NCBI GenBank assembly: GCA_030604855.1
Contig: JAUVVC010000001.1
Coordinates: 180,001-212,000 of the forward strand
DNA: 32,000 bases
Direction of reading: 5' to 3'
From: Erysipelotrichaceae bacterium
Lineage (GTDB): Bacteria; Bacillota_I; Bacilli_A; Erysipelotrichales; Erysipelotrichaceae
Of the stretch, positions 1 through 6,925 are shown piece after piece. The position numbers and the translations under genes are program-made. The notes under the pieces are model-generated. The model made no database searches. It saw only the letters and a list, made by a program, of their open reading frames with translations, and was not told where the DNA came from. How positions within the stretch are numbered: position 1 is the stretch's first letter; every line of letters starts with the position of its first letter.

Positions 1-348
1 AATATCTTCAAATTGAACAATTGAATCAAATGAGAGAAACGGATAATCCACTTTTTTCATAAGATACTGTGTTGGTAAGAGTTTGATCGTACCATCTGGT
101 TTTTTCTTGTTTTCTGCATCAGTCATGATCGCAACAATAACGTTTGTACTTGTTAAATTGTTCTGATCGTTAGAGATTATTAAAACGGGTCTCGAATTTG
201 ATTTTTCATGTCCAACATTTTCACCAAGTTCAGCGAAATATACGGTGCCTCTAACGATTTTACTGTTTACAAATCGATGAAAACTTTCATTTATGGATAC
301 ACTTTTACCAAACCAATCAATCGCTTCTTTGTGTCTTGTATATGTCAT
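1..348 (-). CDS. MazF/PemK-family endoribonuclease toxin, N-terminal part only (3' end lies beyond the window start)
   Basis: Hand translation of the minus strand from ATG 348-346 gives MTYTRHKEAIDWFGKSVSINESFHRFVNSKIVRGTVYFAELGENVGHEKSNSRPVLIISNDQNNLTSTNVIVAIMTDAENKK... The RGxVYxxxLG..E..xxRPVLIISND..x..vIVaxxT pattern is the MazF/PemK core. A purine-rich SD (aggggtggg) sits just upstream and the frame is open to base 1. It is absent from the ORF track because there is no stop in the window. Confidence 0.7.
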   Translation of the reverse strand, partial: MTYTRHKEAIDWFGKSVSINESFHRFVNSKIVRGTVYFAELGENVGHEKSNSRPVLIISNDQNNLTSTNVIVAIMTDAENKKKPDGTIKLLPTQYLMKKVDYPFLSFDSIVQFEDI

Positions 349-368
349 TAACCCACCCCTGTTTAATT

Positions 369-397
369 ATTAAAACAATAACTCAATGGTAAGTCAA
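369..397 (-). promoter_or_regulatory. candidate sigma-A promoter for the mazF-like gene
   Basis: Read on the minus strand: TTGACT (397-392), 17-nt spacer, TTTAAT (374-369), about 20 nt upstream of the ATG at 348. Confidence 0.4.
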
Positions 398-503
398 TCT
401 AAAAATAACTAAAAAATCGATCATATTTAATGAGTCATATGTTTGTAATTTTTGTCTCAAATTATCATGAAAAACATGCACTTAGTAAATGAATTTTTCG
501 ATA

Positions 504-1505
504 TTAAGACTCAGATACTCGTCCTTCTAATATCAACTCCTGCTTATCCGCATCCAGTGTCGCCAACACTCCTATCGGTAAGGTAAGCATCGGATGCGTA
601 TGTGCACAATCAAACTCTGCGAGAATTGGAAATGTGGGTTTACCAATGACTTCCAATAACAACTCATAGGGTCTACGACCTGTACCCATGTCTTTGAACA
701 GTTCATGCTTACCTAAGATCAAACCACCAATGCGATCGAATACACCATTGACTTTGAGATGAGCGAAGTTACGTTCCAATGTCGCAATATCTTTTAGTGA
801 ATCCTCAATGAGCAGGATATCTCCTTGCTTGATTTCAGGCATGTATTCAGAACCCCAGATGCCACCCATGGTATTGAGATTGCCACCGATGAGTCGACCG
901 GTATGATGACCTGAATGTACGGTGATTAATTGGTTTGTTTGTGGAAGTTTACTTCGATCTTGAAGTGACCAATCGATATACTCCTCTGTCCACTCTTTTG
1001 GAGTAGGAAGAGGATAAGGATACTTAATTTGACCCGATACAATCGCTTCAAAACTTGCGAAAGTTTCGTCCACATACGGAGGAAACTCCCCGAATGATGC
1101 GACTAAAGCAGGACCATAATAGGTCACCAAACCTGTTTTCGCATAGATGCCTAAGAGGAGTGCCGTCACATCTGAATACCCTACAAAGATCTTCGGATCT
1201 TTTTTGATGGCTTCATAATCCAAATAGGGAAGAAGTGAATTGGAGTTCATACCACCAATCATCGACATGATGCAGCGTACTTCAGGATCACGAATCAATT
1301 CGTTTAACTCTTCCACACGTTCTTGAATAGAACCAGAGCGATAGAAATCACGTTGTCCTGTTAAAGAGCCTTCCTTGATGATATAGCCCTTGGCTGATAA
1401 ATAAGCCTTGGCACGTTCAAAACGTGCTAGCGCAAAAGCACTGGCAGGTGAAGAAGGGGAATAAACAGCGATGATATCGCCTTTACGTAAGGGTTGTGCG
1501 AACAT
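504..1505 (-). CDS. S66-family LD-carboxypeptidase (LdcA / microcin C7 immunity MccF-like)
   Basis: Motifs GDIIAVYSPSS, RDPEVRCIMSMIGG, VGYSDVTALL (nucleophile Ser) and C-terminal EFDCAHTHP. Start trimmed to MFAQPL (ATG 1505) because GGAG lies 7 nt upstream; the track start at 1538 has no SD. Confidence 0.8.
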   Translation of the reverse strand: MFAQPLRKGDIIAVYSPSSPASAFALARFERAKAYLSAKGYIIKEGSLTGQRDFYRSGSIQERVEELNELIRDPEVRCIMSMIGGMNSNSLLPYLDYEAIKKDPKIFVGYSDVTALLLGIYAKTGLVTYYGPALVASFGEFPPYVDETFASFEAIVSGQIKYPYPLPTPKEWTEEYIDWSLQDRSKLPQTNQLITVHSGHHTGRLIGGNLNTMGGIWGSEYMPEIKQGDILLIEDSLKDIATLERNFAHLKVNGVFDRIGGLILGKHELFKDMGTGRRPYELLLEVIGKPTFPILAEFDCAHTHPMLTLPIGVLATLDADKQELILEGRVSES

Positions 1506-1626
1506 ATATGGTCTCCAGATATTGAATTCATTATACAAGAAAACGTCCTAAATTAAATGTCGCTTCGCAAGCGACCTTTCAATTGTTCCCAGCGATTAAA
1601 CTATGAACATAAAGGAGCAATACATT

Positions 1627-2274
1627 ATGAAAAACAACGCTACAGAATTGGTCTTCATCTTAGACCGCAGTGGATCCATGGCAGGTTTGGAAAGGGATAC
1701 GATTGGTGGTTTCAACGCCATGCTTAAGAAACAACAAGCAATCGAAGGCGAATGCCGCATCACCACCGTCCTCTTTGATAATCAGATAAACATCCTCCAT
1801 GATCGTTTAGACATCCAAGCCATTGGATGTTTAACTGAAAAAGATTACCAAGTGGGAGGTTCCACTGCACTCTTGGATGCGATCGGCTCAACGATAAATA
1901 AGATCGGTAATGTCCAGAAGCACAGTGCTTATGAACATCGTGCATCCAAAGTCCTCTTTGTGATCATCACCGATGGCGAAGAGAACTCCAGTCGAGAATT
2001 CTCGTCTGAACGTGTCAAGAAGATGACTGAGCATCAGATGAAGAAATATAATTGGGAATTCATCTTCTTAGGCGCAAACATCGATGCGGTAGAAACCTCA
2101 AAGATGTATGGTATACGTCCTGATCGTACCCAGAACTATCATGCGGACGCAAAGGGAGTCAACTTGAACTTCGATGTCATGAGCAAGACCGTCGCAAACT
2201 TCCGGATGAGTGCCTGTATTGATGAGGGTTGGAAGGATCAGATCGAGAAGGATTTTGATGAACGGAATAAATGA
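1627..2274 (+). CDS. stand-alone von Willebrand factor type A (vWA) domain protein
   Basis: MIDAS motif LVFILDRSGSM, followed by GGSTALLDA and ITDGEEN. Start trimmed to MKNNATE (ATG 1627), with AAGGAG 9 nt upstream. Confidence 0.8.
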   Translation: MKNNATELVFILDRSGSMAGLERDTIGGFNAMLKKQQAIEGECRITTVLFDNQINILHDRLDIQAIGCLTEKDYQVGGSTALLDAIGSTINKIGNVQKHSAYEHRASKVLFVIITDGEENSSREFSSERVKKMTEHQMKKYNWEFIFLGANIDAVETSKMYGIRPDRTQNYHADAKGVNLNFDVMSKTVANFRMSACIDEGWKDQIEKDFDERNK

Positions 2275-2308
2275 TTTATGGCTTAGATCAATCATTGAAC
2301 TCATTTTG

Positions 2309-2336
2309 AAACACAGCGATAAGCTGTGTTTTTTTG
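2309..2336 (+). terminator. rho-independent terminator after the vWA gene
   Basis: aaacacagc / gctgtgttt stem with a 5-nt loop, followed by a T-run (2330-2335). Confidence 0.7.
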
Positions 2337-2412
2337 AGCCTGCATCAATAAAAAATATTCAGGAAAAACTGAAGTAATAGCGTAAGAAAGAAGGTAAAGT
2401 CATACTAATGGA

Positions 2413-2441
2413 TTGAAAAAATGAGTTGATTATATTACAAT
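2413..2441 (+). promoter_or_regulatory. candidate sigma-A promoter of the higB-higA module
   Basis: TTGAAA (2413-2418), 17-nt spacer, TACAAT (2436-2441). Confidence 0.5.
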
Positions 2442-2444
2442 TAA

Positions 2445-2461
2445 TTTACCTTTGAGGTAAA
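2445..2461 (+). promoter_or_regulatory. inverted repeat TTTACCT-ttg-AGGTAAA between the -10 and the SD (candidate HigA operator)
   Basis: Perfect 7-bp arms at 2445-2451 and 2455-2461. An extra AGGTAAAG half-site occurs about 60 bp upstream (near 2391-2399). Confidence 0.4.
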
Positions 2462-2471
2462 GAGGTGAAAC

Positions 2472-2768
2472 TTGATCATTTGGTACAAATCGAAGAAGCT
2501 TGAAAAAGTATGTACTGATTATGCAAGTGCTCAAAGGGTGCATGGTAAAGATATGGCTCGAATCATCCATATGCGAATCGATCAGATTGCTGCTGCGGAT
2601 TCAGTGGAAAGCTTGGTAAAATATTCAATCGGTCGTTGCCATTCTTTGCAGGGTAATCGAGATGGGGAATATGCCATGGATTTAATTCACCACTATCGAC
2701 TCCTATTTGAAGTTAAGAAAACAGAAATCAATATTGCAAAAATAATGTGTATCGAAGATTATCACTGA
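2472..2768 (+). CDS. higB: HigB-type (plasmid-maintenance killer, RelE/ParE superfamily) toxin
   Basis: 98 aa with a TTG start and SD agaggtga. The sequence ...RCHSLQGNRDGEYAMDLIHHYRLLFEV...CIEDYH matches the HigB/COG3549 pattern LHxLKGDRxGxxS...RxxF...EDYH. The toxin-first gene order is typical of higBA. Confidence 0.75.
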   Translation: MIIWYKSKKLEKVCTDYASAQRVHGKDMARIIHMRIDQIAAADSVESLVKYSIGRCHSLQGNRDGEYAMDLIHHYRLLFEVKKTEINIAKIMCIEDYH

Positions 2769-2794
2769 TATTAATGTGATGAGGAGGTAGAAAG

Positions 2795-3847
2795 GTGCAT
2801 AAAAGCAAGACAACGATTGCGATACCGCCAGGTTCAACGATTCGTGAACAACTCCTTGACCGTGGCATGATGCAAAAAGAATTTGCAGTGAGAATGAATT
2901 TAAGTGAGAAACATATTAGCCGTTTAATCACTGGACAGGTGGAGTTGACGTATGAAGTCGCTTTGAGACTCGAATCCGTTCTCGGTATTCCAGCGCAATT
3001 TTGGAATAATTTGGAAGCAATCTATCGAGAAAAGATTGTACGTATCGAAGAAGAGAATGAAATGACTAAAGAATTGACGTTGGCAAAGCTGTTCCCATAC
3101 AACGAAATGGCTTTGCTTGGTTGGGTTGAGAATTCAAAGAATGGGGTCGATCGTGTTAAAAACTTAAGAAGCTTTTTTGAAGTGGCTCGATTGTCATCCA
3201 TTTCAGAACTTGGAATTCCAGGGATCGCCTATCGAAAAGTTGGAGAAGGGAAGAAAAGTGACTATGCACTTGCGGTTTGGTCACAAAAAGCGCGCATTGA
3301 AGCCCGTAATTATGATACATCATTGATAAATATCAATAAGCTTCATACATTATTACCAAAGATTAGAGCAATGACCTTGAAAGAACCGAAAATATTTAGC
3401 TTTGAGCTGAAAGAACTGTTTTCTGCATGTGGGATCGCTTTGGTTTTCTTACCACATATCAAAGGCTCCTTCCTACATGGAGCGACTTTTGTGGATGGGG
3501 ATCATATCGTTATCGGATTGACACTTCGAGGCAAAACATCCGATAAGTTTTGGTTCAGTCTATTCCATGAGCTGCATCATATCATTAAGGGTGATGTATT
3601 CAAACCCGTAATGGAACTCGGTGACTCAGAACTGGAAGCGGATCGCTTTGCGCGTGATGTTCTGATTCCAATGGATGCCTTTGAACGATTTATAAGCAAG
3701 GGTGTTTTCGATCAAGATACCATATTGGATTTTTCTAAAAAACAAGGAATAGCACCTGGAATCGTAGTTGGTCGCTTACAAAAAGAAAACATCATTCCTT
3801 ACAATGAATTGAATAGTTTAAAGATGGTATACGCTGTAGATGAATGA
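2795..3847 (+). CDS. HigA-type XRE HTH antitoxin domain fused to an ImmA/IrrE (peptidase M78, COG2856) zinc-metallopeptidase domain
   Basis: GTG start with GAGGAGG 7 nt upstream. The N-terminus PPGSTIREQLLDRGMMQKEFAVRMNLSEKHISRLITGQVELTYEVALRLESVLGIPAQFWNNLE is HigA/VapI-like. The C-terminal part has HELHH (nt 3566-3580) followed by SELEADRFARDVLIP, the M78 signature. Confidence 0.75.
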   Translation: MHKSKTTIAIPPGSTIREQLLDRGMMQKEFAVRMNLSEKHISRLITGQVELTYEVALRLESVLGIPAQFWNNLEAIYREKIVRIEEENEMTKELTLAKLFPYNEMALLGWVENSKNGVDRVKNLRSFFEVARLSSISELGIPGIAYRKVGEGKKSDYALAVWSQKARIEARNYDTSLININKLHTLLPKIRAMTLKEPKIFSFELKELFSACGIALVFLPHIKGSFLHGATFVDGDHIVIGLTLRGKTSDKFWFSLFHELHHIIKGDVFKPVMELGDSELEADRFARDVLIPMDAFERFISKGVFDQDTILDFSKKQGIAPGIVVGRLQKENIIPYNELNSLKMVYAVDE

Positions 3848-3855
3848 TGGTTTCC

Positions 3856-3899
3856 AAAGATGTGTGTCCGATAAAACGGACATACATCTTTTATGTTTT
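3856..3899 (+). terminator. strong rho-independent terminator after the higA-M78 gene
   Basis: A 15-bp stem, aaagatgtgtgtccg / cggacatacatcttt (one G-U pair), with loop ataaaa and a T-rich tail. Confidence 0.8.
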
Positions 3900-3936
3900 G
3901 CACATTAGATTAAACTATGCATAAGGGGGAAGTGTT

Positions 3937-4152
3937 ATGCCGATCATCTTATGGTTAGCTTATATGGTGGCATTGTTTTCTGGAGGATTGATCTATGTCT
4001 CCATTTTTGGTGGCGTACTCAGAGCAGAGAGCTTGATCATCGGACTCCTGTTCTTCGTAGGATCATCCTTTGTGATCCATCATTTGAATAAACAGATACC
4101 GGATGGTCAAGATATTGAAGATTTGATCGATCGAACAGAGCCAAGAGAATAA
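3937..4152 (+). CDS. small membrane protein (two predicted TM helices, acidic C-terminal tail), function unknown
   Basis: SD aagggggaag upstream. Hydrophobic stretches IILWLAYMVALFSGGLIYVSIFGGVL and LIIGLLFFVGSSFVI are followed by DGQDIEDLIDRTEPRE. The ORF is flanked by terminators on both sides. Confidence 0.55.
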   Translation: MPIILWLAYMVALFSGGLIYVSIFGGVLRAESLIIGLLFFVGSSFVIHHLNKQIPDGQDIEDLIDRTEPRE

Positions 4153-4161
4153 GCTTACAAG

Positions 4162-4192
4162 AGACTGTGACGTGATGTCGCAGTCTTTTTTA
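4162..4192 (+). terminator. rho-independent terminator
   Basis: A 10-bp stem, agactgtgac / gtcgcagtct, with loop gtgat, followed by TTTTTT. Confidence 0.75.
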
Positions 4193-4222
4193 GGAAGATG
4201 AGTACTTATTACATAACCATTA

Positions 4223-4501
4223 TTGATATCGTATGTGATATTATGGAGGTGTAAGATTAGTAAAAAGAAGAGAAGAGCAGATCGATTATTATCGGAACCA
4301 TTTCGTAGTGATGTTCGCTTCAAAGAAGTTTTTGTAGTACTTAATGATTATGGTTATTTGCTCAAAAGGTCTCGTGGAAATCATTTCATATTTGATCATC
4401 CGCAGCTTCAAAGCATTTGCATTCCAAAGTCAGAGCCTATTAAAGTTGCATACATTCGAATGATTGCTGTAATTCTCAAAAAGGAGGAGGAAGATAGATG
4501 A
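4223..4501 (+). CDS. hicA: HicA-family toxin (mRNA interferase); start codon uncertain
   Basis: ...KKKRRADRLLSEPFRSDVRFKEVFVVLNDYGYLLKRSRGNHFIFDHP... fits the long-N-terminus HicA pattern (LLxxPxxxxFxExxxxLxxxGfxxxxxxGSHxxF). The 3' end overlaps hicB by ATGA. The track start is TTG 4223, but the only good SD (GGAGG 4245-4249) points to ATT at 4256 (see findings). Confidence 0.7.
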   Translation: MISYVILWRCKISKKKRRADRLLSEPFRSDVRFKEVFVVLNDYGYLLKRSRGNHFIFDHPQLQSICIPKSEPIKVAYIRMIAVILKKEEEDR

Positions 4502-4842
4502 GTTATCCGATGCGCTTGTTTACTGTAAAGACTACGAAGGGATTTGAGTGGGTTGCTGAGTTTGTAGATTTCAAAGGATGTGTTGGAGGAGGTGATACTG
4601 CTCAGGAAGCACTTGACGCGGCATTAGTAAATCTTGATGTTTACTTGCAATACCTTAAAGAAAAGGGTGAGGACATTCCTCAACCCTCTGATTATAATGA
4701 ATGCAATGGTAAGATTGCCTTGCGTATACCAAAGTCGATGCATCGTCGTTTGGTAATGAAAGCGGATGAAGAGGGTGTGAGTTTGAATCAACTCTTGGTT
4801 TCTTATCTTGCGGAAATGTTGGGAGCTAAAAGTAAGGATTGA
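4498..4842 (+). CDS. hicB: HicB-family antitoxin
   Basis: The N-terminus FTVKTTKGFEWVAEFVDFKGCVGGGDTAQEAL is a HicB fold. The C-terminus IALRIPKSMHRRLVMKADEEGVSLNQLLVSYLAE is a ribbon-helix-helix-type DNA-binding tail. Translationally coupled to hicA. Confidence 0.8.
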   Translation: MSYPMRLFTVKTTKGFEWVAEFVDFKGCVGGGDTAQEALDAALVNLDVYLQYLKEKGEDIPQPSDYNECNGKIALRIPKSMHRRLVMKADEEGVSLNQLLVSYLAEMLGAKSKD

Positions 4843-5320
4843 TGACTTTCTTCATCCATACGATGTCTCGCCATTGATTGAATTTATAACCTAATTTCTC
4901 GAAATGGGCCACCTGTTCAAAGCCCATTTTTTTATGGAATTCAATACTCAAGTCATTGGGGTAGGTGATGCATGCCAACATGGTTACGATGCCTTGTGTA
5001 CGTAAAGCTTCTTCTAAGGCCGTATAGAGCTGTTTACCATAACCCCGAACTTGGACATCTTGACGGATATAAACACTCGTCTCAACCGTCCAATCGTAGG
5101 CAGAACGTTCTTTGTACTTCGTCGCATAGGCATAGCCTACGATGATATTGTCTACTTCAAGAACGAGGTAAGGGAAACGTTGTTGGATGTTATTTATGCG
5201 TTGTGTGAAATCATTTAACGTCGGAACTTCTGTTTCAAAGGTGATTGTGGTATTCAAGACATAAGGCGTATAAATATCTAAAAGTGCTTGTGCATCATCC
5301 AAAGTAGCTGTCCGTATCAT
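4826..5320 (-). CDS. GNAT-family N-acetyltransferase (phosphinothricin/MSO acetyltransferase-like)
   Basis: MIRTATLDDAQALLDIYTPYV..TFETEVP...VRGYGKQLY... is typical of the PAT/YwnH subgroup. Its 3' end overlaps the hicB 3' end by 17 nt (convergent). Confidence 0.75.
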   Translation of the reverse strand: MIRTATLDDAQALLDIYTPYVLNTTITFETEVPTLNDFTQRINNIQQRFPYLVLEVDNIIVGYAYATKYKERSAYDWTVETSVYIRQDVQVRGYGKQLYTALEEALRTQGIVTMLACITYPNDLSIEFHKKMGFEQVAHFEKLGYKFNQWRDIVWMKKVINPYF

Positions 5321-5421
5321 AATGACCTCATTTCAATGCTTCTATTATAAAACCATTTTACAAACATGGATGAATAATCTTTGAATTCGCTGTAAAATGT
5401 GGGTATAAGGAGGAAATGTTT

Positions 5422-5943
5422 ATGACACAGATCATTCGTTCCATTCCCGCCTATTCCGCTGAAGACAACGTGACAGGCTGCTGTCCCGTTTTTCATCCCG
5501 AACACTACGATAATAAGCTCTTTGATTTCAGTGATCTACACTTCATTCAAACATCAACCAAGAGTTTGATGTACGTGCCAACAAACATGGACAAAGTCTT
5601 CACAAAGACCCAAGCCGACATCGAAGCCAGTGGTCAAGGCATTCATGATCGTTACTTGATCCTCTCACAGGATGTCAGTCCATTTAAATGCAATCACTAC
5701 TTCATGACCCAAGGTTCTGTAAAAGATTATCCAAGTATGGAAATCAAAGGCAACTATCTTGCCAAAGTCTACGATGGTGATTTCAAAGACATGGGGAAGT
5801 GGATCAAGGACTTTTCAAAGGTGCTGAAAGACCAAGGAAATCCAAAGCCATCGATCTATACGTTCTACACCACCTGCCCGAATTGCGCCAAAGTCTACGG
5901 CCATAATTATGTCGTCTTATTTGGCGAACTTCCACACGCATGA
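5422..5943 (+). CDS. conserved hypothetical protein with C-terminal TCPNCAKVYGHNYVV motif
   Basis: The second ATG (5422) is 8 nt from AGGAGG (5408-5413); the track ATG at 5416 is only 2 nt away. ATGA overlap with the downstream HAD gene. I cannot assign a family confidently. Confidence 0.5.
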   Translation: MTQIIRSIPAYSAEDNVTGCCPVFHPEHYDNKLFDFSDLHFIQTSTKSLMYVPTNMDKVFTKTQADIEASGQGIHDRYLILSQDVSPFKCNHYFMTQGSVKDYPSMEIKGNYLAKVYDGDFKDMGKWIKDFSKVLKDQGNPKPSIYTFYTTCPNCAKVYGHNYVVLFGELPHA

Positions 5944-6560
5944 AGCCAGTCTTGATCTTCGACATCGATGGGACACTCCTCGATACCCTCCGATTGAACA
6001 TGGTCACACTCTTGGAACTGGTTCATGAACTGGGCTTCAAGAACGAAGACGGTCATAGCATACTCCGCTTTGCATCTCATCCCGGCATGCAAGTCATGCA
6101 TGAATTTGGGCTTGAGAAGCCTGAAGAAGCCTATGCCCGTTGGGTTCAAAAAGTGCGTGCTTTTCCTGAGCAAGCACAGCCCTATCCAGGCGTGGTGGAA
6201 ATGATTAAAAGCCTCCATGACTCAGGCTATCGACTTGCCATCGTCAGTTCAAAGAGACGCCAACAATACGAGATCGAATTCAAGCGTTTAGCCTTGATCG
6301 ACTATTTTGATGTGGCTGTATTGGCGGATGATTGTGCTAAGCAAAAACCCGATCCAGCTCCTTTGCTTCAGTGTTGCGAACTGTTGGGTGTTGATGTCAA
6401 AGATGCGGTCTATTTTGGTGATTCAATCATGGATCGCTTAGCCGCAGAAGCTTGTGGCATGCCATTCATTGCATGTGTCTGGAAAGGATTTGTGGAAGAA
6501 GGTTTGGAAAATTCTAAGATCATCGAATCACCAGCTGACATCCTCGAAATCTTCAAATAA
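5940..6560 (+). CDS. HAD-superfamily hydrolase (phosphoglycolate phosphatase/PpaX-like)
   Basis: Motif I FDIDGTLLDT, motif II IVSSK, motif III K...YFGDSIMD. Confidence 0.8.
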   Translation: MKPVLIFDIDGTLLDTLRLNMVTLLELVHELGFKNEDGHSILRFASHPGMQVMHEFGLEKPEEAYARWVQKVRAFPEQAQPYPGVVEMIKSLHDSGYRLAIVSSKRRQQYEIEFKRLALIDYFDVAVLADDCAKQKPDPAPLLQCCELLGVDVKDAVYFGDSIMDRLAAEACGMPFIACVWKGFVEEGLENSKIIESPADILEIFK

Positions 6561-6584
6561 AAAGGATTTCATGAATCCTTTTAT
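6559..6584. terminator. bidirectional terminator hairpin between convergent genes
   Basis: aaaggatt / aatccttt stem with a 5-nt loop, with A-run/T-run flanks on both strands. It overlaps both stop codons. Confidence 0.6.
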
Positions 6585-6880
6585 GCGTATTTCGTTAGTC
6601 GATCTTTGATGAACGGTAGGACATTCAACACAATCGTCCCAATGATCAGAATCCTCGATGCGAACACCACCGCATCATTCGTATCCAACAAAGCAATGGT
6701 ATCATTGATTTGGATTAGATGATTCGTATACAGGATCTGAGCATACAAAGCAATCATACAAGCTGTAAGGCTCAAACCACTGTACAAATTTCTTTTTACA
6801 TTGCGCATTAGCAGGATGCTGATTGGCAATCCCCACGCCAATAAACCCATGATAAGACTTAGGATATTCAAGTAAGCCAT
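6581..6880 (-). CDS. small integral membrane protein (three hydrophobic segments), function unknown
   Basis: SD gggggaaaca upstream of ATG 6880. Strongly hydrophobic 99-aa product. Confidence 0.55.
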   Translation of the reverse strand: MAYLNILSLIMGLLAWGLPISILLMRNVKRNLYSGLSLTACMIALYAQILYTNHLIQINDTIALLDTNDAVVFASRILIIGTIVLNVLPFIKDRLTKYA

Positions 6881-6925
6881 TGTGTTTCCCCCTTGATTTA
6901 TAATCGTTTTACATGATTGAAAATC

